A stretch of DNA of 36,042 bases, from assembly GCA_964410215.1 (NCBI GenBank), contig CAYPHA010000043.1, positions 1-36,042 of the forward strand. Reading direction: 5' to 3'. This stretch comes from an uncultured Calditrichota bacterium. GTDB taxonomy: Bacteria > Calditrichota > Calditrichia > Calditrichales > CAYPHA01. The translations under genes were made by a program, and so were the position numbers. Shown one piece after another: positions 8,731 through 18,200 of this stretch (the first letter of the stretch is position 1; every line of letters starts with the position of its first letter). A model generated the notes under the pieces. That model was not told the DNA's origin. It did no database searches and saw only the letters and a program-made list of their open reading frames with translations.

Positions 8731-8851
8731 TCTGCTGTTCTCCCGGCATGTCTAAGAGGTTGGAAGTTAAACCAGATCGGACAGAAAATCTAGTTTCATA
8801 CCGTTTTTTTTATTAAGCTAAAACAGCACGTGCAATTTTAACATCTCGAAC

Positions 8852-9445
8852 ATGGTACTAATAATCCTCAGCTCTATAACAGGCGGTTTTTTGAGTGGCT
8901 TCCGCTCCCTGAATTGCTGTCCGGAAAATGCGCCCGGCCGGTTCCGGATCCTGACGGCATCCTTTTTATCGCTTATGGTTTTCATCATAGCCGGCTTTTC
9001 AGCCATCCCGCTACTACGCGCGCTTGTTGATTTTTCCTTCTATTACTACACCAGCGGCATGCTGGTGGTTATTTCAGGGTTGAACGATCTTGGTATCATA
9101 AACCTCATACGAAGCGTAAAAAATTCCGGTTTTTTATTACCAAAAACGGAAATCATTCGCCTGTTTGCCGGAAATGTGCTATTCACGGTTGTTATAGCGT
9201 CCCGGCTGCAATTGTCCTTTTTACCGGCTATCGGTATCCTGCTGCTGTTTATATTCAGCTACATCGTCGGCCGGATGTTACATGTTCTCTTATGCCGCCG
9301 TGATGACCAAAGCAGGAACCGGCGCGATCTTGCAGAATTAGCCGGTTTGCTGAATGGCATATATCTGGTAATCGCCGGACTGCTTGTATTCAGCAATCAG
9401 ATCGAACTCCTGGACAATTTGTCCTCAAAATTATTAACCCCTTAA
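8852..9445 (+). CDS. Hypothetical membrane protein (about 5 TM helices)
   Basis: 197-aa hydrophobic ORF with no recognisable motif. It is divergent from the dehydrogenase gene and 20 nt upstream of anmK. Confidence 0.45.
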   Translation: MVLIILSSITGGFLSGFRSLNCCPENAPGRFRILTASFLSLMVFIIAGFSAIPLLRALVDFSFYYYTSGMLVVISGLNDLGIINLIRSVKNSGFLLPKTEIIRLFAGNVLFTVVIASRLQLSFLPAIGILLLFIFSYIVGRMLHVLLCRRDDQSRNRRDLAELAGLLNGIYLVIAGLLVFSNQIELLDNLSSKLLTP

Positions 9446-9465
9446 CTTGCATAAAGGAACGATAT

Positions 9466-10683
9466 ATGCTGTCAAACGATACGAAACAGGCTGTACATCC
9501 ACTGAACAGACTTTTAAATAAAGACGCACTCTCCATTCTCGGGCTCATGTCCGGCACCTCCTGTGACGGACTCGATATCGCCCTGGTTGTGTTCACCGGT
9601 TCCGGTCCTGACACCCGGTTTGAGTTCCAAACCGGCCTGAATCTTTCCTATACACCGGAACAGCGCGCTTCTATTCTGGGATTGATCAACCAGCATACGC
9701 ATACGCTCAAAGATCTCTCCCAGCTGAATTTCTATCTCGCAGGGATCTGGGCTGACATGATACAGGATTTTCTGGAACAGAATAATCTGAAACCGGAAAA
9801 CATTGATCTGATCGGTAGTCATGGACAGACCATCTGGCATGAACCTGTCAGCAGCGATTTTCTCGGCAGAAGCGTTGCCTCCACCTGGCAGACAGGCGAT
9901 CCGGCCGTCCTGGCCCAGCGTCTTGGCATACCCGTGGTTGGCGAGTTCAGATATGCCGACGTGGCGCTCGGCGGTCAGGGAGCCCCCCTGATCCCCTATT
10001 TTGACTGGGTTCATTTTTCACAATTTTCTGAAAACATACTGGCCGTCAATATCGGAGGCATCTCCAACATCACGTTTATTCCGGCTGATGGCGATTTCTC
10101 GCAGGTCATTGCCTTCGACACCGGTCCGGGAAATATGCTAATCGATCAGGCAGCCAAACAATTTTTTGACAGGGAATACGATGAAGATGGCCGGTTGGCC
10201 CGTGAGGGTTCCGTCGATACCGACCTGCTTGATTTTCTTAAGAACAACGATTCTTTTCTTAACCGTGTACCGCCAAAATCAACCGGACGGGAATATTACG
10301 GTGCGTCATTCATGAAAAGGATCGGGGAATTCGCCGGTCAACATGCCATTGGGGCAAACAGCCTGGTTGCCACTCTGACCCACTATACCGCTTACGCCAT
10401 TTATACCAATTACCGGCAATTCATCGCACCTGAAAATCTATGTGAGCGTGTAGCCATCGGCGGCGGCGGGGCGTACAATCCGGCACTGATGGATGAACTC
10501 CGTACATTATTTAAAACGATTCCTGTGGAACCTGTCAGCCGGTTTAATATCAATGAAGATTTCAAGGAAGCCATCGGTTTTGCATTACTGGCCAATGAAA
10601 CAATTCACGCCGGCTCTTCGAACGTTCCCAGGGTTACCGGGGCCTCACGCCCGGCCATTCTGGGAAAAATTTGTCTGGTATAA
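9466..10683 (+). CDS. anmK: Anhydro-N-acetylmuramic acid kinase
   Basis: 405 aa. N-terminal ILGLMSGTSCDGLDIALV matches the AnmK signature (MSGTSxDGxD). The length and acetate/sugar-kinase-like fold motifs are also typical. Confidence 0.9.
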   Translation: MLSNDTKQAVHPLNRLLNKDALSILGLMSGTSCDGLDIALVVFTGSGPDTRFEFQTGLNLSYTPEQRASILGLINQHTHTLKDLSQLNFYLAGIWADMIQDFLEQNNLKPENIDLIGSHGQTIWHEPVSSDFLGRSVASTWQTGDPAVLAQRLGIPVVGEFRYADVALGGQGAPLIPYFDWVHFSQFSENILAVNIGGISNITFIPADGDFSQVIAFDTGPGNMLIDQAAKQFFDREYDEDGRLAREGSVDTDLLDFLKNNDSFLNRVPPKSTGREYYGASFMKRIGEFAGQHAIGANSLVATLTHYTAYAIYTNYRQFIAPENLCERVAIGGGGAYNPALMDELRTLFKTIPVEPVSRFNINEDFKEAIGFALLANETIHAGSSNVPRVTGASRPAILGKICLV

Positions 10684-10699
10684 ACAAAAAGGACTTTCA

Positions 10700-11383
10700 A
10701 TGCCGCTCATTCCACAGATAACCGCATCCGAAATCATCCGTAACCGTGTCTCCGGTATGCAGATCGGCCTGCTCAGCACCAGTGAAATTACCGTAACCAG
10801 GGAAGATGAAGCATTTGACACCTGTCTGGACCAACTGGTTACGATGCTGCATGAGGCGTTTCCTGATAAAAGACCCTCTGTCAACGAAGTTGTCGGACAT
10901 GTGCGGCGGATGTATCGCCGTATCGGGTGGGAACCGACCCAATACCGCCCTTCCTCTGAAGCGCTTGTGCGACGCCTGCTAAAGGGGAAAGGACTCTACC
11001 GCATCAACAATCTCGTAGATTATGGAAATCTCGTATCGGCCGCCCATTTTCTTCCCATGGGACTTTACGATGCAGAAAAATTACATGGTAACATTCTGGT
11101 TGACGTCGGAGGAGAAGATGAGGCCTATGATGGTATCACAAGGGACGGCATTCGTGCCGGAGGAAAGATGATCCTGAGGGATTCGGAAGGCATTTTCGGG
11201 AATCCGACAGCGGATTCGCGCAGAACCCGAATCACCATGAAGACGAAATCGGCGCTGGCGCTCTTTTTCTGTCCACCCGAAATCAGCAGGGCCTGCATAG
11301 AGAAAACACTGGACGCATTAGCCGGCCATTACAGATGCTTCACCACCAGTGAAATCGTCCGTGATATCATCATACTGGATTAA
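10700..11383 (+). CDS. B3/4 domain protein (PheT B3/B4-like tRNA-binding/editing-like domain), about 227 aa
   Basis: ATG at 10700 is 17 nt after the anmK stop and in frame with the longer listed ORF (10493), which would overlap anmK by 190 nt. Motifs VSGMQIGLLSTSE and LLKGKGLYRINNLVDYGNLVSAAHFLPMGLYDAEKL resemble stand-alone B3/4-domain proteins. Recalled from memory, not searched. Confidence 0.5.
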   Translation: MPLIPQITASEIIRNRVSGMQIGLLSTSEITVTREDEAFDTCLDQLVTMLHEAFPDKRPSVNEVVGHVRRMYRRIGWEPTQYRPSSEALVRRLLKGKGLYRINNLVDYGNLVSAAHFLPMGLYDAEKLHGNILVDVGGEDEAYDGITRDGIRAGGKMILRDSEGIFGNPTADSRRTRITMKTKSALALFFCPPEISRACIEKTLDALAGHYRCFTTSEIVRDIIILD

Positions 11384-11433
11384 GTGCTTTCTTCACCAAC
11401 ACATGAGCTCCCGGCTCTGAATTGTAAGCACTT

Positions 11434-13158
11434 TCATTTCACGACCACCATTTTCTTCGTGGCACTCAATCGACGTCCTGTGGCCAGCTCCCTGGCTGCC
11501 ATCCTGTAGAAATAAACGCCGGATGCTATATTTTCCGTAGTTAGCAGACGGCTGCCATGATGGCTTTCGATGCGTTTTTTCAGCTCCCTTATCTTTCTGC
11601 CGCGAATATCATAAATATCGATGGAAACTTCGCTTGAGGAAGGAATACGATAGGTAATAACCGTGAAGCTGTTAAAGGGATTAGGATAATTCTGGTCCAG
11701 TTTAAATGTTGTCGCATATTCCCCGCCATATTTCCCGCTGAGATAGGCATCGGCAGCCCCGGTATTGACAATTCCCCATCCCAGCAGGTTATCCGGCTTG
11801 TCCACCTGGCTGGCGGTTTGTTTCAGAGCCTGTGTAATCTGTGCGGGTGTCAGACCGGGATGCGCGGAAAGCAGAAGGGCTGCCGCGCCGGCCGCAAGGG
11901 GACATGAAAACGATGTGCCGTTTCCCGTCGTAAATCCATCAGGATTGGCCGGAGAAGCGACCTTTACGCCCACGCCGGGCGCAGCAAGGTCCGGCTTATT
12001 CCTTCCATCCGCCGTGGGTCCATAGGAAGAGAAGGCAGCCCGCCGGTTATTGAAATCCACCGCTCCAACGGCCAGGACATACCTGCCATCGGCTGGTGCA
12101 ACCAGGGTGTTGGGCTTTTCGTCGCGCCCATCATTACCTGCTGAGTTGAAAACCAGCATACCCCTTTCGACGGCCATATCGGCGTGACGGGTCGTCAGGG
12201 CCGTCCGTCCATCCATATCGCTCCAGTCATACCAGTCGATATAGCCAAGCGAACTGCTTAGGATATCCGCACCCTGCCGTTCTGCCCATTCAATACCGGC
12301 AACCCAGTGATCCTCCTCTATCTGTATCTCCTGGTCGCCGATTTCCGTTTTGCCCAGCATATAGGAAGACCCGAACGCCGGTCCGATCAATTTCCCGGGT
12401 GCATAAGCAGCGATAGCGGAGAGGGTTTGTGTGCCGTGCGTGCCTTCTCCCGGATAAGTGCGATCATCTACTTCCGGATCATCATTGATAAAATCATAGG
12501 TGGCCACCACATTAGTCGAATCGAAAGCGGCATGTTCCTTCCACCCGTAAAAACCGTTATCCAGCAGGCAGATCAGCACATCATCTCCACGCACGCCCCG
12601 GCGGTGCAGAGGCGGCACATTGATCTGGGCCAGTTGAGCCAGAGAAGACCCATAGTCCAGATCACCTAATTTATGAAGGCTTCGAGAAGGTGTTCCCGGT
12701 ATGTCATCGTTTTTTGGACGAGACCTTCGGAACCGTCTGACCGGTTCAATTTCCTGAACGAAAGGTAATGTACGGATCGTGTCTAACTGCCCGCTGTCCA
12801 CTTCCGCGCTTACGGCATTCAGCCAGCGGGAACGAATACGGATCTTTTGTACGAAAACATCGAGGGCGGTCATATAGGGTTCATGAACAGGTAGATCATC
12901 AAGACTTATTATTTCATTTATCGGAAGGACTTTTGCACGGCGCTCGAGTGCCCTTTCGCTGATCAATTCCGATGGCTTATTAAGTGCTTTCCCGGCATCC
13001 GGCCCCTTATCGTGGAAATAGATCCAGACTGTTTGCACATTGTCTTTTAAATCCGTCTGATTTTTAACCGCTCCGGCCGATAAATCGCTGGCAAGTGCGC
13101 CGTTGAATATGAGGATAGTAAAAAAAATCAGTTGTTTCATGAGTGTCTGAATTTGCAT
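11434..13158 (-). CDS. S8 family (subtilisin-like) serine peptidase with N-terminal signal/propeptide and C-terminal T9SS sorting domain
   Basis: Catalytic triad in D-H-S order: LLDNGF, HGTQT, GTSFSCP. The C-terminus has KLDQNYPNPFNSFTVITYRIP...GVYFYRM (T9SS type-A CTD). The start could alternatively be MKQL at 13140. Confidence 0.85.
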   Translation of the reverse strand: MQIQTLMKQLIFFTILIFNGALASDLSAGAVKNQTDLKDNVQTVWIYFHDKGPDAGKALNKPSELISERALERRAKVLPINEIISLDDLPVHEPYMTALDVFVQKIRIRSRWLNAVSAEVDSGQLDTIRTLPFVQEIEPVRRFRRSRPKNDDIPGTPSRSLHKLGDLDYGSSLAQLAQINVPPLHRRGVRGDDVLICLLDNGFYGWKEHAAFDSTNVVATYDFINDDPEVDDRTYPGEGTHGTQTLSAIAAYAPGKLIGPAFGSSYMLGKTEIGDQEIQIEEDHWVAGIEWAERQGADILSSSLGYIDWYDWSDMDGRTALTTRHADMAVERGMLVFNSAGNDGRDEKPNTLVAPADGRYVLAVGAVDFNNRRAAFSSYGPTADGRNKPDLAAPGVGVKVASPANPDGFTTGNGTSFSCPLAAGAAALLLSAHPGLTPAQITQALKQTASQVDKPDNLLGWGIVNTGAADAYLSGKYGGEYATTFKLDQNYPNPFNSFTVITYRIPSSSEVSIDIYDIRGRKIRELKKRIESHHGSRLLTTENIASGVYFYRMAARELATGRRLSATKKMVVVK

Positions 13159-13190
13159 TTGATCTGTTTAAATACCGAATTCCTCCCAAA

Positions 13191-13244
13191 ATTCTTTTTT
13201 CTTATCTTTTTTATTTTTTTCTTTTTTCTTAATTCTTAATTCCC
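13191..13244. repeat. 54-nt polypyrimidine (T/C) tract on the plus strand, a purine/A-rich leader on the coding strand, between the tandem S8 genes
   Basis: Nearly all T/C with runs of 6-7 T (ATTCTTTTTTCTTATCTTTTTTATTTTTTTCTTTTTTCTTAATTCTTAATTCC). It lies between the stop of the upstream S8 (13248) and the start of the downstream S8 (13158) on the minus strand. Confidence 0.6.
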
Positions 13245-13247
13245 ATG

Positions 13248-14945
13248 TTACCTGACCAGCAGCATTTTCCGGGTTTCCCGGAACGGCCCCAATTCTATCC
13301 GATAGAAATAGGCACCACTGGGCAGCGCTTCCGCGTTAAAGGTAACCGTTACAGATCCCGGTTTAACAGCACGGTCCAGAGGCGTGGCAACGACCCTGCC
13401 GGTGATGTCGTAAACCTGTAGTTTTGCCCAACCGGCTACAGGTGTCCGGAAGGTAATCTGTGTGACCGGGTTAAACGGATTCGGATAGTTCTGATCCATA
13501 AAGAAGGTGAGCGGTTTTTCAGGCTCTTCTTCCCGGTAAAGCTGAATCTGAAGATAATCGAATGCTTCACTGATATCGATAATACCATAGCCCAAGAGAT
13601 TGTCCGGTCTTCTTGCCTGACTCGCTGTTGCAAAGAGCGCTTCCCGCACCTCCGCCGGGGTTAGATCGGGATCCGCCGTCAACAGTTGTGCCACGGCACC
13701 GGCGACCAACGGACAGGAAAAAGAGGTACCTGAGGAATAGGTATACCGGGAAGTATCCATGTGAGAGGCTACTCTGACAGATGATCCCATGGCCGCGACG
13801 TCCGGTTTAATGCGTCCGTCAACTGTCGGCCCCACTGAAGAAAACCCTGAACGCGCACCATCCGAAGTAACTGCTCCGGCGGCAATGACATAATCACCGT
13901 CTGCCGGTGCAATAAGGGTATTATGTTCACTTGAATACCCTTCATTACCGGCAGAATTTATGACGATCATACCATTTTCCACGGCCATATCAGCGGCTAT
14001 GGTCGTCACCGGTGTTTCTCCGTCCATATCTTCCCAGGTATACCAGTCGATATAACCCAGTGAACTGCTTGCGATATCGGCTCCCATTGCTTCAGCCCAT
14101 TCGATGCCGGCCACCCAGTAGTCTTCCTCTACCGGCGTTTCGCCGTTATCATCTTCGGTTTTAGCCAGAAGATACGAGGCTTTGAAAGCCGGACCGATCA
14201 GCTCACCCGGTGCATAACCGCCTATCACCGAAAGCGTCTTTGTGCCATGCCATCCTTCCACAGGATCGGCCTCCGGGTCATCGACCGAATCGTCATTATT
14301 AATGAAGTCCCACGTTGCAACCACATCGAGCGAGTCAAAACACTGATGCGTGTTATAAAGATTAAAGCCATCGTCCAGCATGCAGATCAGCACGCCCTGT
14401 CCGTACAAACCTCGTTTATGCAACGTGGTGACACCGATCTGCTCCAGTTGATTCAGTGACGTACCATAATTGAATGCATGCGTTTTCTGCAAAACCGGCA
14501 TCATCTCCGGCGGATCCGAAATGACGGGTTCTCTCTTTTTATGTGCCTTCACGAGATCAATTTTCTGGATAAACGGGAGGGCTTCCAGTGCATTTAGCAT
14601 ACCGCGCTCCATCTCAGCACTGATCGCGTTAAGCCAGCGCGATTGGACACGGATATTCTGAACATAAGGTTTAACTTTTTCAATATATGGATTGAAAACC
14701 GGTGCATCAGAATAACGGAATTCCAACGGCTCCTCCAGGGTCTTGCGCCGGCGTTCCAGTGCGCGCTCTGTTATAATGTCACGTTCCGGTTGCGGATCGG
14801 GACCTTTATCTTTAAAAAATATCCAGACAGTTACTTCTGAATCGTTTGTTCTGTCCAGATACAGTTGCAGCGTGCGGGAAAAATCGGCTTTGGCCAGACT
14901 GATTGTTACAAGCAGCATCAGGAGCAGACTTATTCGATTGGTCAT
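13248..14945 (-). CDS. S8 family serine peptidase, paralog of the adjacent gene, with T9SS C-terminal sorting domain
   Basis: Signal peptide MTNRISLLLMLLVTISLAKA. Triad MLDDGF, HGTKT, GTSFSCP. Long collinear blocks are shared with the neighbour (WVAGIEWAE..GADI.SSSLGYIDWY.W.DMDG, NSAGN.G). CTD is MDQNYPNPFNPVTQITFR...GAYFYRI. SD GGAG lies 6 nt upstream. Confidence 0.85.
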   Translation of the reverse strand: MTNRISLLLMLLVTISLAKADFSRTLQLYLDRTNDSEVTVWIFFKDKGPDPQPERDIITERALERRRKTLEEPLEFRYSDAPVFNPYIEKVKPYVQNIRVQSRWLNAISAEMERGMLNALEALPFIQKIDLVKAHKKREPVISDPPEMMPVLQKTHAFNYGTSLNQLEQIGVTTLHKRGLYGQGVLICMLDDGFNLYNTHQCFDSLDVVATWDFINNDDSVDDPEADPVEGWHGTKTLSVIGGYAPGELIGPAFKASYLLAKTEDDNGETPVEEDYWVAGIEWAEAMGADIASSSLGYIDWYTWEDMDGETPVTTIAADMAVENGMIVINSAGNEGYSSEHNTLIAPADGDYVIAAGAVTSDGARSGFSSVGPTVDGRIKPDVAAMGSSVRVASHMDTSRYTYSSGTSFSCPLVAGAVAQLLTADPDLTPAEVREALFATASQARRPDNLLGYGIIDISEAFDYLQIQLYREEEPEKPLTFFMDQNYPNPFNPVTQITFRTPVAGWAKLQVYDITGRVVATPLDRAVKPGSVTVTFNAEALPSGAYFYRIELGPFRETRKMLLVR

Positions 14946-14990
14946 AATAACTCCGTATTAAGTCACAATTCCTTCAGGAATATACACATT

Positions 14991-15028
14991 CCCGGTTAAA
15001 TTGAAAAGACATCTGCCATATAACCGGG
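14991..15028. promoter_or_regulatory. Inverted repeat CCCGGTTA-N22-TAACCGGG in the 287-bp divergent intergenic region between the S8 and M36 peptidase genes
   Basis: Perfect 8-bp arms at 14991-14998 and 15021-15028. It sits between divergently transcribed secreted-protease genes and is a candidate regulator-binding site. Confidence 0.25.
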
Positions 15029-15232
15029 ATAATTTAAAACATATACAACAATCGTCATTCCGTGGTTCCCTTTTTACAAAAGTAACCTGAAATAGGCAGG
15101 AATTTGTGATCTGGCCGACCCATCTGTCTTGTTACCGGTTTGTATATTTACTAAAATTGAGAAATTTTACCGTTCCTAATGCCGTTTTTACAACGCATAA
15201 TCTGTACATAACGTAACCCGGGTGCACATCAC

Positions 15233-18200
15233 ATGAAATCAATCACACAACTTTTCGCCGTTTCAGCCCTGCTCTTTTTATTTCAGAACGCATACAGCCA
15301 TAAACAACCTGAACGAAATCAACTGGAGCGTCTGAATTTAAAAACACATCATACCATCCGTACACTCAGTGGCGCACATCTGGAAAAAAACGGACTGATC
15401 CGTTACCGGTATAATCTCAAAATCGATGCCTATTCCGGCAACCCGGAAACCATTGCACGTGCTTATTTACAGGACTGGTCTGAACAATATGGTTTCGACA
15501 AGGGCCTTAAAACGCTTCAAACTGAACGGATAAGCCGGACTCCCGGCGGCACACATGTTCGATTTGAACAAACGGTTGACGGAATCCCGGTTTTTGGTTC
15601 ACGCGTGACGGTTTCTTTAAATCAATGGGACGAAATTACATTTGTATCGAGCGCTTACCGTCCCCGAGCGAGGCTGTCTTCCCCAAAAGCTTCACTTGAA
15701 AAGTCTGACGCTATAAAAAAAGCATTTGAATATATTCGTCCGGAAGGACCGTTAACCGTACCGGAGACGGCCAGACTCATGATATTCGAGAGCCGGGACC
15801 GCGGTTTTGAACTGGCATGGAAAGTCAATTTTTCCACATCAGAACCAGGCGCAGCCTGGGAAATTTTCGTCCATGCACAGGACGGCCGGATCATTCACGT
15901 TCAGGATAAAATGATGTACCATACAGGTGAAGGCCTGGTCTGGGATCCCGATCCGCTTACCACGGCAGGTACGGAATATGGCGGTGCCTACACGGATAAC
16001 AACGATCTCGATAGCCCGGAATTAAATGCAGAACGCATTACGGTGATTTTACCGGACATTACCTATGAAAACGGCCTGTACAGACTTGAAGGTCCCTATG
16101 CTGTGCTCGCCGATCTTGAAAATCCATCCGACAACTTCCCTGAGCTTGCTGATTCCAGCGCGTTCGTCTTCACGCGTAACCAACAGAATTTCGAAGCTGT
16201 CATGTGTTATTATCATATAGATCGTTCCACCCGGCGCATGGTCGAACTGGGTTACGAAGAACCCCTGCAAATGGCTTTCAAAGTTGACCCGCACGGTCTG
16301 AACGGGGACGACAACTCGCACTACGATCCCAATGGAAATTACGTTGCCTTCGGCGAGGGCGGTGTGGATGACGCCGAAGATGCCGATGTGATCTGGCACG
16401 AACATGCCCATTCCTTTCAGACTAACCTGACCGGCGGGATGGCCTATACGGGAGAGACCATGTCGCTTCAGGAGGGTAGTTCCGATTACTGGGCCGCTTC
16501 CTATTCACGCTATATCAATGATTATAACTGGGGATTCGTATTCAGTTGGGACGGCCACAACGAATTCTGGAACGGGCGGCGCTGTGACCTGGACTGGGTG
16601 TATCCGGATGACTATGTCAGCGGACATAACGGCGGACAGATCTGGTCATCGGCTCTGATGAAAATCTGGGTGGATATCGGTCGCGACATTACCGATCAGC
16701 TCTTCCTGGAAACCCACTACATCTGGGGCTACGCGCCTGGCCTGCAGGATGCCGCCGAGGCGTTCATCCAGGCTGACCGGAATCTGTACGACGGGGCGCA
16801 TACCGGCATCATTGTTGAACATTTCGATGCCCACGGTCTCGTCAACAAGGAAGATTATATTCCCCAAATCGTGCATACGCCTCTGAATGATACCGAAGAT
16901 ACAGAAAATGATTACCCGGTCATCGCAACGATTTTTCCCGGAGCGGAGCCGCTCGACCCAGAACGTCTGTGGGTCATTTACGGTTTATCTGCCCTGACGG
17001 ATACGGTGAACATGAGCGCCACGGCCAATCCCAATGAATATGTGGGTTATATTCCGGCCACCGGCGTCGACACGACGGTCTATTATTATATCACGGCTGT
17101 CGACGAGGCAAATACAGCCGCGTATGATCCCGCAAACGCACCCCTGGAATATCATGAATTCGTCGTAGGAGCGGATACACTGAATCCGGTCATTCAGCAT
17201 ATCGCCCTTGGTGATCAGCCGCTCAGCCGGTGGCCGGCAACAGTCCGGGCCATCGTAACAGACAATCTATCTGTGGACTCGGTCGAATGCATTTATTACA
17301 TCAATACTGCCGGTACGGAGGAAACCTTTACACTTGATTCCGTCGATACGGATACGTACGAGGCTGTCTTCCCCGTCAGCAGTGCCGATTTGACTATCGG
17401 GGATTCCATTTTCTACAGAATTACGGCTACAGATGCATCCACGAATGAAAACACCGCAACCACGCCCGACAGCGGTTATCATGGCTTTGAGATCATCGAT
17501 GAAAAAGGCACCATTCTTATCGTCAACGATGATCCACTGGGGAAAACCTATGTTGAGAGTGAAAAAGGCGGCCGGTATCGTAAACAGGATGCCTTTGGCA
17601 AATCCTCCGACCAGATGCAGAGCTGGCTTGAAGAAATGGGATACATTGCCGACCAATTAACGGTAGCAGATGCTTTAGCGGCCGAATTCACGGCTTATGA
17701 TCTGATCATTTCCTCGAGCGGTGCTAACGAAAGTCCCGTGGCCAATGCCGATTACAGGACCAAACTGGAAAACTGGGTCAGTGACCCCTCGCATAAGCTG
17801 CTGGTAGAAGGCGGTGAAGTAGGTTACGATGCCGCCCAGAGCCCGGGCTATCCCTCTTTTGCAGCCAATGTACTGCATTCTACCGACTGGGATGCGGACC
17901 AGGCCGGTCCTCTCCTGCTCCGCGGTGAATTCGAGGATCACCCTATCGCAACGACACCGAATCCATTGCCGGGGAACATAGGACTGACTTACAGTAATTA
18001 TGGTGACCAGGATTCTCAGAAACCCGATGCACCCGCCTATGTCGTATTCGGCAATTCGACGGCCAACAACCGCGATAATGCCGGCGTCCTGGTCTACGAC
18101 GATGATGCCGACAGCACATCCGCACAGATCGTATATTTTGCCTTCAACCTGGACGCGGTTTCCGACAGCCTGCATGCCAGAAATCTCCTGGAAAATACGG

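Noticed and set aside
10493-10699. Longer start for the B3/4-domain ORF
   Set aside because: It would overlap the anmK 3' end by 190 nt, and anmK is confidently assigned. The in-frame ATG at 10700 sits 17 nt after the anmK stop.
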